From assembly GCA_965205025.1 (NCBI GenBank), contig CBDBFU010000014.1:224001-288000 (forward strand): 64,000 bases of DNA, in the 5' to 3' direction. The notes beneath the pieces are model-generated. The model was not told the origin of the DNA. It searched no databases and saw only the letters and a list, made by a program, of their open reading frames with translations. This DNA comes from Candidatus Poribacteria bacterium (GTDB lineage: Bacteria > Poribacteria > WGA-4E > WGA-3G). How positions within the stretch are numbered: the first letter of the stretch is position 1; each line of letters opens with the position of its first letter. This document shows, in pieces, positions 31,270 through 40,905 of this stretch. The translations under genes were made by a program, and so were the position numbers.

Positions 31270-32846
31270 ATGTTGCTAAATCTCAAACAAGCAAGTCAAT
31301 GGGCATCAGACTATCTGAATAAATCCGTCACCACAGCTAACATCACTTATCTAATTCAATACGGAAAGATTGACACTATTTCCAATAATGGATCTAAACT
31401 AATTCCTTTAGATAGTCTTAAAGAATATTATAGTCAATATTGTCGAGAAATGCGTTGGAAAAACGAACTCGGTGAAGACCTTAATTGGGAATTATCTTTC
31501 GAAAAATATAAGGAAGCAGAGACTACTAAACATGTCCACCGTCTACATCCATATAAAGGTAAATTTATACCTCAGTTGGTAGAATATTTTTTAGATCAAC
31601 ATACAGACAACTTTAAGAATGATATATATTTCCAACCAGGGGATGTTGTGCTTGATCCATTTTGTGGAAGTGGAACAACCTTAGTCCAAGCAAATGAATT
31701 AGGTTTACACGCGATAGGCATAGACATTTCTGTTTTTAATTCATTCATTAGTAATGCAAAAGTTGAGAATTTCAACCTAACGAAATTGTATGAGGAATCA
31801 AAAAAAATAACATCCGCTCTTAAAGTAAAAGTGGCATCCTCAAATATAGTTGATTTTGATACTAAACTATCCGATATCTTGACAAAATTTAATAATGAGT
31901 ATTTTCCAATATCCTTCAAAAAACGAGTCAGGAATGGTGAAATTAATCAAAAGAAATATGGAGCAGAAAAAGAAGCTGCATTTTTAAATACATATCAAAA
32001 ACTTATAACAGAGTTTGAAATTGATATTCAAATGCCCACTGATTCAGCACGCTTTATGAAAAAATGGTATCTTCCACGGGTAAAAGCAGAGATAGAATTT
32101 GTCTATAATGAAATATGTAAGGTGGAAGATATATCTATAAAAAACGCTCTAATGCTTATTCTAAGTCGTACTATTCGTTCATGTAGAGCAACAACCCACG
32201 CAGATTTAGGCACATTACGGAATCCAGTTACCACAACTTACTTTTGTAGAAAACATGGTAAAGTTTGTAAACCACTTTTTTTCAATTTTAGGTTGGTGGG
32301 AACGGTATTGTAAGGATAGTATTGAACGATGGAATGAATATGGAAAGTTAAAGACGGATACACATCAATATTGTTTAACTGGGGATTCTCGTACAATAAA
32401 CATCCTAACCATGTTAGAACAGACTAATAAGAAATTAGCAGAAATTGTTCAGAATAGACGAATAAAAGGTATTTTTACAAGTCCACCTTATGTTGGTTTG
32501 ATTAATTACCACGAACAACATGCTTATGCTTATGATCTTTTTGGATTTAAAAGGTTAGACGAATTAGAGATTGGACCTCTCTTTAAAGGAAAGGGTAAAG
32601 ATGCAAGAGAATCTTATGTCCAAGGTGTCTCAGAAGTTCTTAGGAACTGTAAACGATTCTTAGCAGATGATTATAATGTCTTTATCGTAGCCTAATGATA
32701 AGTTTAACTTGTATCCAACAATTGCCGAATTAGCTGATATGAAGATAATAGATCAACACAAACGTCCGGTCCTAAACCGTACTGAGAAAAATAGAGACAC
32801 AGCCTATTCGGAGACGATATTTCATTTGAAAGATAATCAGGTTTGA
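31270..32846 (+). CDS. Type II DNA methyltransferase (N4-C-type, SPPY motif), two apparent frameshifts
   Basis: HRLHPYKGKFIPQLV, DPFCGSGT and TSPPY motifs; frame breaks at T-run about 32276-32282 and at about 32692; reading frame resumes NDKFNLYP...ETIFHLK. Confidence 0.85.
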
Positions 32847-32850
32847 AGAA

Positions 32851-33621
32851 ATGCTATTACAAAGACGCGAAATGATTAAAGAAAAGATAAAGGAGTGTCT
32901 GCGTGATAAATTTCGAGAATATAATCCGGAAACAGACAATATGCCTTTTCATTATCGACTACTCGGAAGAGATAGGATGGCTTTATACTCGTTCATTCAT
33001 TCAATCAATACCAAATTCGGAATTTCATTTTATGAACCAGTTGCAATTGCTTTGGCAAAAGAAAGGTTTAAAATAGCAGACACACAAGTTAAACCTGGAG
33101 ACAAGATAAGTCTTGAAGCACATCAAAGAATACAGACAATAATGAACGGGTTAAGTACTGCAGAAAGAAATCCGAACAAGTCATTAGAAATTCAAGAGAT
33201 AAGGGAAGTCTGTACTTCAGGAAAATTAGAAGACGTTAAACTCACTAAAGTTGATGTCTGGTTAGAAACAGATGAAGGTGAATTGTTTCTAATTGACTTT
33301 AAAACTGTAAAACCTAACAAAGGTGATTTTCAGAAATTTAAGAGGACATTACTTGAATGGAGCGCTGCTGAATTAGCAAGAAATCCGGATGGTGTTGTTA
33401 ATGCTTTAATCGGCATACCATACAATCCTTATGAACCGAAACCATATCAACGATGGACTCTTAAGGGTATGTTTGATCTTAAACATGATATATTGATAGC
33501 AGAAGATCTATGGGATTTTATTGGTGGACAAGGAAGTTATGATGCATTATTGAATGCATTTGAACAAGCAGGGATAGAGTTAAGAAATGAAATTGATGAG
33601 TATTTTGCAAATTTTAAATGA
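32851..33621 (+). CDS. TdeIII/MjaII-family type II restriction endonuclease
   Basis: MPFHYRLLGRDRMALYSFIHS, D...IDFKTVKPN and PYNPYEPKPY motifs; adjacent to MTase. Confidence 0.85.
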   Translation: MLLQRREMIKEKIKECLRDKFREYNPETDNMPFHYRLLGRDRMALYSFIHSINTKFGISFYEPVAIALAKERFKIADTQVKPGDKISLEAHQRIQTIMNGLSTAERNPNKSLEIQEIREVCTSGKLEDVKLTKVDVWLETDEGELFLIDFKTVKPNKGDFQKFKRTLLEWSAAELARNPDGVVNALIGIPYNPYEPKPYQRWTLKGMFDLKHDILIAEDLWDFIGGQGSYDALLNAFEQAGIELRNEIDEYFANFK

Positions 33622-33648
33622 AAATACAAGTTCATTACTCAATTTAAC

Positions 33649-34392
33649 ATGGAGGACATTATGTCTCAGATAAAATCAGTATTCTTATGGGAAAACCAAC
33701 GACGGTATATTCGAGAAGCAATAGATGAAGGCACCCTCAAAGGAGCAATTATACCAACAGGTAGTACAGAACAACACAATGAACACTTGGCAATGTATCA
33801 CGATACACAAAGTGCAGTCTATGTATCTAAATTGGTCGCTGAAAAATTGTATCCAAAGGTTGTTGTAACTACACCATTGGCAATTGGGGTTTCAGAACAC
33901 TGGATGGACCATAAAGGCACACTTACACTTCGCGCGGAAGTCTTTGGTGAAGTACTATACGATGTAGCTGACAGTATGCGGCGCCACGGAATAGAAAACA
34001 TATTGATTGTAAATGGCCATGCAGGGAATGCAGGTCCAGTAACCCAACGATTGGATAGGTATAGAGAAAAACTTGGAATCAACATAGCGTTTCATTCATA
34101 CTGGGAAGCATATACCAGTGAGTTAGTACAAGAACAGATGGAATCTGGAGTATGTCCCGGCCATGCTGCAGAATTTGAAACGGCTTTTGCCCTCGCAGCA
34201 TTTGCAGAAAACGTTGATTGGGATGGGGTTGATTATGATAGTGCTAAACTAACAATTTCAAACGAAGGACAGGCTCAATCTGATAGAGAATACCATCATC
34301 AAGCGAAACTTGCTACAACTGAAAAAGGTCAGGTAATGATTGATGTAGCAGTTGATTGGGTTGCTAAAAAAATGCAGAATTTGATGTCATAG
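33649..34392 (+). CDS. Creatininase family amidohydrolase
   Basis: PTGSTEQH, NGHAGN and GHAAEFET motifs. Confidence 0.92.
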   Translation: MEDIMSQIKSVFLWENQRRYIREAIDEGTLKGAIIPTGSTEQHNEHLAMYHDTQSAVYVSKLVAEKLYPKVVVTTPLAIGVSEHWMDHKGTLTLRAEVFGEVLYDVADSMRRHGIENILIVNGHAGNAGPVTQRLDRYREKLGINIAFHSYWEAYTSELVQEQMESGVCPGHAAEFETAFALAAFAENVDWDGVDYDSAKLTISNEGQAQSDREYHHQAKLATTEKGQVMIDVAVDWVAKKMQNLMS

Positions 34393-34446
34393 ATTATATA
34401 AAACTTTGTTCATTATGAAAGGCGCGTATATTATGCGCGCCTTCTT

Positions 34447-34562
34447 ATACCATTTCTATTTAAATAGTTCACATTACGAATACTCTTAGTAGTCCCCCTG
34501 ATAAGGGGGATTTAGGGGGTTTCTTTAATTAATAATGGGCGATCATTATTTAGAAATGGTAT
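34447..34562. mobile_element. MITE-like element with TIR ATACCATTTCT
   Basis: ATACCATTTCT...AGAAATGGTAT ends enclosing CCCCCTGATAAGGGGGATTTAGGGGG. Confidence 0.75.
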
Positions 34563-34569
34563 TATATTT

Positions 34570-35361
34570 CTAATGACCCTCAAGTGCCTTTCGAAGACCA
34601 TCACCGTGCTCACGCCACCATCCATATAAGATTGAAATATCTGTTCCTATACAGAAATGTCTTACACCCATATCGAGAAATCGTTTTGCCCCATCAGCAC
34701 TACCAATTTCCGCACGAGGGGGTACACCCATCTCTAAAGCTGTTTTAAATACTTTCATCTCTGTATCTTGGATTTCTTGTGAACCCCGCTGACCTACCTT
34801 CCCAATACTCATAGAATAATCTGATCCACCCCACTGAATCATATCTACGCCATCAACAGATAACACCTCTTCAAGATTCTCAACTGTTCCTTTCTTCTCA
34901 ATCATAATGACTACGACAACATCTCTTAAGGCTTGTACGTATTCCGGACCACCACCATATCCCATATACGAAAAACGCCTTGTCGCAACACCATAACTAC
35001 CCCCATCTTCAGGCGTATCTGCTCTTGTTATCTTTACACATTCTTTTACATCATCAACATTTTGACAATCCGCATAGAGAACACTTTGGAAACCGGATCC
35101 GATAGCGCGTTGAGCAATGAATCCGCGCGGCTCCTGGTCAACTTTGATCATTGTTGAAATGTTATGTAGTTCTGCTGCTCTACACAGATTATCCAAATCG
35201 TGGAGATCAAAGGGTCCGTATTCTCCTACAAATTCTACATAATCATACATTCCTGTATGACCTATGGCTTCAACAATTGAGGGCCATGTCGTATGAATAT
35301 GTGTTCCGACAGTAGGTTTGTCAGCATTGAGTAATTCTCGAAAGGTATTTTCTCTCATCAA
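34570..35361 (-). CDS. HpcH/HpaI aldolase family protein
   Basis: IMIEK..TVENLEEVLSVDGVD.I..G.SD motif. Confidence 0.88.
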   Translation of the reverse strand: MMRENTFRELLNADKPTVGTHIHTTWPSIVEAIGHTGMYDYVEFVGEYGPFDLHDLDNLCRAAELHNISTMIKVDQEPRGFIAQRAIGSGFQSVLYADCQNVDDVKECVKITRADTPEDGGSYGVATRRFSYMGYGGGPEYVQALRDVVVVIMIEKKGTVENLEEVLSVDGVDMIQWGGSDYSMSIGKVGQRGSQEIQDTEMKVFKTALEMGVPPRAEIGSADGAKRFLDMGVRHFCIGTDISILYGWWREHGDGLRKALEGH

Positions 35362-35379
35362 TCTTCCTTTTCTATAATA

Positions 35380-35850
35380 ATACCATTTCTGGTAATTAAA
35401 GTCTCATTAATAGAATCTCTTTAATGTAGCACAAACTGTATGAAGATTAACTTTTTAAATCGGTAATTCTAATTCCACAGACCCGGTATGCGGGGAATGC
35501 TAAATAGCATTCATACCGTTGATTTCTTGAGTCCCGTAGGGACGGAATGTCTATAGCAAAGGTATATATCCACATAATTGAGTCCCGTAGGGACGGAATG
35601 TGTATTGAAGTCGTTATCGCCAATATCCTAAGCCCCAGCGGGGCGAAAGGTGTGTAGAAAACGTACTAAACCACTAAACCTAAGCCCCGGTGAATGCCAT
35701 AAGGCATTCATACCGTTGATTTGCGGGGCGAAAGGTGTATCCTTAACCCGTATAATACCGAATTAATATATTAATCTTCATTTAGTTTGTGCAGTATTTC
35801 AAGCCATGCATAAAAAATGTTGATGGGATAAACATTTTTAGAAATGGTAT
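35380..35850. mobile_element. ATACCATTTCT-TIR MITE with nested insertions
   Basis: Outer TIRs; inner ATGAAGATTAA...TTAATCTTCAT element sits in the GTAGCACAAACT/AGTTTGTG palindrome; compare the empty copy at 58530-58657. Confidence 0.85.
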
Positions 35851-36153
35851 AACGCCAGTTTGATAATAAATATGTCAGCTCGATAAATAGTATTTTGTCC
35901 TGAGAATAGTCTTTGTAGCACAAACTTTCCAGTTTGTGCACTCTGGTGTAAACTAAAAGTTTGGGTTACAATGTGTCTTATCAAACTCACGTCATAATAA
36001 TTAAACGATCTACAACTTGTGATAGTAAAAATCTAATGGTATCTATACTACCAGTAATTGATATATTTTTCAACGGCAAAATAGGATTGCTTAGGTGATG
36101 TATTTCTGTTAAACTGATAACAAAACGTGCTAATATAGGAATCTTGTAAAACG

Positions 36154-36936
36154 ATGAAAAATCCAATAAGTCTACCATCAAACTTCTCAGATTATCTACA
36201 AATAGAAAATGCTGACATCCGTTTCCAAGAAGCCACAGATGTTGCTATGAAAATCACAGACGCAGGTGTAAAAATCTATCCGAATATGGATCATGCCGCC
36301 ATTTTCTGTGACCCGCCTCATCTGGTAGCAGATGGTCTGAAACAACTCGGTTATATAAACGGTTGGGATGCAAGATGTTATCCATCCCCTGTTGACGGTT
36401 GTGATTATATAAATGTCTCTGCGCAATTATCTACAGACAGTCCAGCAAGAAAAGAGGGATGGTTTGATTATGTTGCTGTTGTTCATCCTGTTGATAAAAT
36501 AGCATTAGAACATATGCTCGGACAAGGACATGGCAATCCGTTTATACATCATCTGACGTGGGGTATAATTGCTCCAGAACGTGGAAAAAACAATGATTTT
36601 GAATATGCCAGTACGGTTGTACCTTTTATGGTTAATCAACGACAGATTATAGGGGAGGCTATAGGAGATGAACCTGGGACACTTATAATAGCACTGCCAG
36701 AAAACGTCGTTTCAAATCCTAAATTGCAAGATGAATTACCACAGTGGTTAGGAGATTTAAAAGAAGACGAATATCAGATAGAATCCATGCAAGGCGGCGG
36801 TTTTCTGATACAATTCTTTGTGTTAACAGGTGGTAGGATAGAAGTCGCCTTACGGGTAGATACAACCCAAACCTTCAACCCGAAAAGTGTTCACAAAATA
36901 TCCGAAGACGAGATAAGTGCTATTCAAGGAAAATAA
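36154..36936 (+). CDS. Hypothetical protein, possibly VOC/glyoxalase-like metalloenzyme
   Basis: Intact 260 aa ORF; DHAA, IHHL and LIQFF motifs are reminiscent of VOC dioxygenases. Confidence 0.55.
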   Translation: MKNPISLPSNFSDYLQIENADIRFQEATDVAMKITDAGVKIYPNMDHAAIFCDPPHLVADGLKQLGYINGWDARCYPSPVDGCDYINVSAQLSTDSPARKEGWFDYVAVVHPVDKIALEHMLGQGHGNPFIHHLTWGIIAPERGKNNDFEYASTVVPFMVNQRQIIGEAIGDEPGTLIIALPENVVSNPKLQDELPQWLGDLKEDEYQIESMQGGGFLIQFFVLTGGRIEVALRVDTTQTFNPKSVHKISEDEISAIQGK

Positions 36937-36943
36937 TACTGAT

Positions 36944-37133
36944 CAGGACTTACGCATTTCATCTTAAAGTCCCCTTGATAAGGGGCGGGGAATGCCCTAA
37001 GGCATTCATACCCGGGGAATGCTAAATAGCATTCATACCGTTGATTCCTTGATTCTTTAGGGGGTTAAAACACCGAAATGACGGCTTTTTAAGTCAAATT
37101 TTACCTTTTTCTAATTAAGTTGCGTAAGTCCTG
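36944..37133. mobile_element. MITE with TIR CAGGACTTACGCA and 6-bp target duplication ACTGAT
   Basis: CAGGACTTACGCA...TGCGTAAGTCCTG flanked by ACTGAT on both sides; shorter sibling at 58256-58376. Confidence 0.9.
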
Positions 37134-37179
37134 ACTGATAATTCTTAAAACTAAATAATCCTACCCATTTTATCGTTTC

Positions 37180-37208
37180 TTGACCATATACCCCTCCTAT
37201 GTTATAAT
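37180..37208 (+). promoter_or_regulatory. Sigma-70 promoter at the head of the defence island
   Basis: TTGACC-17 bp-TATAAT with extended TG. Confidence 0.8.
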
Positions 37209-37244
37209 CCTCTTACCCAATCCAGATATACACTGAGGGGATAT

Positions 37245-37511
37245 ATGTCAGAAACAGAACAATTATACCTTCCTTTACAAACCGAAAGTAGCCATACTGA
37301 TAACGGTTTTTACGATTCACTAAATTTCATCAGAGAAAACGCAAATTCACAATACGGGGTTGGTAAGGTTTTTGAACGACAACCCCTCACACTGCAGGAA
37401 CATCAACAGAAAGCCTATGACGATGTTATCAACGGTTTCAAAGAATCTGATCGTGGCAAACTAATCATGGCGTGCGGCACACGCAACCCCCTTATACTAC
37501 AACAAAAATAG
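37245..37511 (+). pseudogene. Internally deleted remnant of a Type ISP-like nuclease-helicase R-M gene
   Basis: N-terminal ...G.VFER joined to HQQKA...DRGKLIMACGT (helicase motif I, truncated). Confidence 0.7.
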
Positions 37512-37521
37512 AGGTACCTAC

Positions 37522-40500
37522 ATGTCAAATGAAAAACCATTCGTGAAATCCGGTATCCGAGACAATCTCGGTCGTGGAACGGTTCACAAATTCTTAGAGG
37601 AAGGAATTCAAAACGGTTCCACTCTCTCTATTGTATCTGCCTACTTCACCATCTACGCCTATGAAAAACTCCAACATGTTCTCAACGAAATTGAAGAACT
37701 CCGATTTCTTTTCGGCGATCCTGATTTTGTTAAACGTATGGACCCAAATAATACCGACAAAAAAGCGTTTGGAATAACAGATACCGGTTTAGAACTCAAT
37801 CGACAACTACGGCAGAAACCTCTTGCCAAAGCGTGTGCCAAATGGATAAAAGAGAAGGTTCAAATCCGCACAACTCGACAATCAAATCTACTCCACGGAA
37901 AAATGTATCACATTGACAATCAGGGTGTTGAGAAAGCAATTCTCGGCAGTTCTAACTTTACGGTGCGAGGACTCGGACTGAGTGCAAATAGCAATAACAT
38001 TGAACTCAACATGGTGGTGGATAGTGACCGAGACCGCGCCGATCTAAAGCAGTGGTTTGACGAAATCTGGAATGATGATAAACTTGTTGAAGATGTGAAA
38101 ACGTTGGTGCTTGCAAAGTTAGCACAAATGGGAAAAGACCATGCCCCTGAACTAATTTACTACAAAACTCTTTATGAACTATTTAGAGAAGAAATTGCAA
38201 CACGGCAAGCCAGTGAACAGAACATTGAAGATATACATCTCTATGACACCCTCATTTGGAACAAATTATACCAATTTCAGAAAGATGGAGCAAAGAGTGT
38301 TATCGCACGACTATTACGGCACAACGGATGCATCTTAGCCGATAGTGTAGGTTTAGGAAAAACCTTTACCGCCCTCGCTGTCATCAAATTCTTTGAATTA
38401 AGAAACGAACGCGTACTTGTCCTATGTCCAAAAAAACTCAGAGAAAATTGGGCACTTTATCCTGCATATAACGCCCAAACCTCAAATGAATTTCTTGACG
38501 ACAAATTCAATTACACTGTCCTATCACATACCGATCTCTCTCGATATACAGGTGAATCCGGTAGTGTCAATTTGGAGGATTTCAATTGGAGTAGTTTTGA
38601 CCTAATTGTAATTGACGAATCACATAACTTCCGAAATGACACCAAACCTGTTCGTGACAGTGATGGCACATTTATTAGGCATAGCCGGTATTCACGGCTA
38701 ATTGAAGAAGTTATCAAAAGTGGCACGAAAACAAAAGTCCTGATGTTGTCTGCAACACCTGTCAATACTTCCCTTATAGATCTACGCAATCAGATACATC
38801 TCATGACAGAGAAGCGGGAGGACGTTTTCCAAGACAGTTTAGGTGTGAGTAATATCGGTAATTTGTTACGCCAAACACAGAAGGCATTTAAAGCATGGGA
38901 AGAACAAGCAGCGAAAGAAGGTGTCAGAGACAAAGCAAAACTACTGGCATCTTTAGGGGCAGATTTTTTCCAATTACTTGGCGGTGTTTCCATAGCACGT
39001 TCACGAAGACATATTAAAACGTTCTATGCAGACGAGATGCAAAATATAGGAGAATTTCCAACACATGAAAAACCGGAAAACTGCCATCCACCGACAGATT
39101 TGAAAGGAAAACTTTCCTATAAAGAATTAGCAGATCAGATCGGAGATTTTGAATTAGCCATCTATAGACCCTCCAGTTATCTTATTAGTGAAGAAGCAAA
39201 ACAACGTTTGGCAGATGAGAAAAAGAGATATCGCTTTAATCAAGAAGACAGAGAAAAATTCCTTATCGGCATGATGCAAACTAATTTTCTGAAGCGACTT
39301 GAAAGCTCCGCATTCTCCTTGTCCGAAACCCTTGAACGCACGATAGACAAAATTGACAATATGCTGGATAAGATAGACCGATATAAAAAGAACCAAAAGT
39401 TAACTGACTCGGACCTCAGTGAGGATATACTACCCGAAGATGACGATGATGATGAAGATTTCTTGATAAACCGCGCAAAATATCCATATCACCTAAGCGA
39501 ATTGGATCTGAATCAGTGGAAACAAGACCTCCACAAGGACAAACAAACCTTAACCGTTGCATGGAACAATGTCAGATCTATCACGCCAGATAGAGACGGT
39601 AAACTCAAAGCAATTAAGAAACATATACGACAAAAGCATGAAAAACCAACAAAAGATTTGGAAGGAAACCTAAACAAGAAATTGTTAGTGTTTTCTACCT
39701 TTAAAGATACTGCAGAATATCTATATGAGAATCTATCTGATCTGGCATCAGAACTGGATATTAATATGGCAATGGTATCAGGTGATCTAACACGAACAAA
39801 ATGTAGAAAGAAGGACTTCAACGCAATTCTCACTAATTTCGCCCCAAACGCACGAAACAGATCAGAAACGTCAGATGACAATATTGACCTACTAATTGCT
39901 ACAGACTGTATCTCCGAAGGGCAAAACCTGCAGGATTGTGATACCGTCATCAATTATGATATACACTGGAATCCTGTGCGGATTATTCAACGTTTCGGAC
40001 GGATTGACCGAATCGGAAGCAAGAATGAATCCGTGAAAATGATAAATTATTGGCCCACCGAGGACATGGAAGTATATCTACAATTAAGAAGCCGAGTTGC
40101 ATCACGCATGGCACTCGCAGATGCAACAGCAAGTGGAGATGACGACCCTCTCAACGAATTCACTTATGAACAAGCACAAATGGAACTTAATTTTCGAGAT
40201 AAACAGTTAGAAAAACTAAGAAATGAAGTCATAGACTTGGACGAACTCTCTGAGGGAGTAGTACTCAGTGATTTCACTTTGGATTACTTCTTTACGCAAC
40301 TCCTAAGATATCTTGAAAGAAATAGGGCTGAATTGGACGCAACACCAGACGGAGCCTATGCCGTAACAGACAATACTATTGATACGATGAACAACGGTGT
40401 TATCTTCTTCCTAAAACTGCGGAATGCAAGCACAGACAAAAAGGAAAAAACCGCAAGTCCAATCCACCCATATTATACGGTGTTTATACGTAACAACCAT

Positions 40501-40821
40501 GATATCCGTTATGGATGCATGAATGTTAAACAGATTTTAGACCTGTTTGAAGTAATAACAGAAGGTAAAACAGAAGCAATTGACAAACTCTGTTTATGGT
40601 TTGATCAAGAAACTAAACACGGAAAAGACATGGATCATTACAATGAACTTCTCAATACAGTCGTGAAGCAAATCACAAGCTCCCATACGAAGACACAAAA
40701 GCAAGGTTTGAAAAGAGGTGGAGATCGCAACTTCAAACTCACCAAATCATCTGAAGCACCAAAAAGCACAAGTGACTTTGAATTAATTACATGGTTAGTT
40801 ATCAGATCCCCTATCAATTGA
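37522..40821 (+). CDS. PLD-nuclease/SNF2-like SF2 helicase
   Basis: LHGKMY...GSSNFT (PLD), LADSVGLGKT, IDESHNFRN, SATP, SEGQNLQD and QRFGRIDRIG motifs. Confidence 0.92.
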   Translation: MSNEKPFVKSGIRDNLGRGTVHKFLEEGIQNGSTLSIVSAYFTIYAYEKLQHVLNEIEELRFLFGDPDFVKRMDPNNTDKKAFGITDTGLELNRQLRQKPLAKACAKWIKEKVQIRTTRQSNLLHGKMYHIDNQGVEKAILGSSNFTVRGLGLSANSNNIELNMVVDSDRDRADLKQWFDEIWNDDKLVEDVKTLVLAKLAQMGKDHAPELIYYKTLYELFREEIATRQASEQNIEDIHLYDTLIWNKLYQFQKDGAKSVIARLLRHNGCILADSVGLGKTFTALAVIKFFELRNERVLVLCPKKLRENWALYPAYNAQTSNEFLDDKFNYTVLSHTDLSRYTGESGSVNLEDFNWSSFDLIVIDESHNFRNDTKPVRDSDGTFIRHSRYSRLIEEVIKSGTKTKVLMLSATPVNTSLIDLRNQIHLMTEKREDVFQDSLGVSNIGNLLRQTQKAFKAWEEQAAKEGVRDKAKLLASLGADFFQLLGGVSIARSRRHIKTFYADEMQNIGEFPTHEKPENCHPPTDLKGKLSYKELADQIGDFELAIYRPSSYLISEEAKQRLADEKKRYRFNQEDREKFLIGMMQTNFLKRLESSAFSLSETLERTIDKIDNMLDKIDRYKKNQKLTDSDLSEDILPEDDDDDEDFLINRAKYPYHLSELDLNQWKQDLHKDKQTLTVAWNNVRSITPDRDGKLKAIKKHIRQKHEKPTKDLEGNLNKKLLVFSTFKDTAEYLYENLSDLASELDINMAMVSGDLTRTKCRKKDFNAILTNFAPNARNRSETSDDNIDLLIATDCISEGQNLQDCDTVINYDIHWNPVRIIQRFGRIDRIGSKNESVKMINYWPTEDMEVYLQLRSRVASRMALADATASGDDDPLNEFTYEQAQMELNFRDKQLEKLRNEVIDLDELSEGVVLSDFTLDYFFTQLLRYLERNRAELDATPDGAYAVTDNTIDTMNNGVIFFLKLRNASTDKKEKTASPIHPYYTVFIRNNHDIRYGCMNVKQILDLFEVITEGKTEAIDKLCLWFDQETKHGKDMDHYNELLNTVVKQITSSHTKTQKQGLKRGGDRNFKLTKSSEAPKSTSDFELITWLVIRSPIN

Positions 40822-40905
40822 GAGGAATGTATTGTTCGTAGTCACGCAATTCATTGCCCTCTTACATTATCATTATCTTATAGATCTTAACAAAGAGAAT
40901 TCTAT

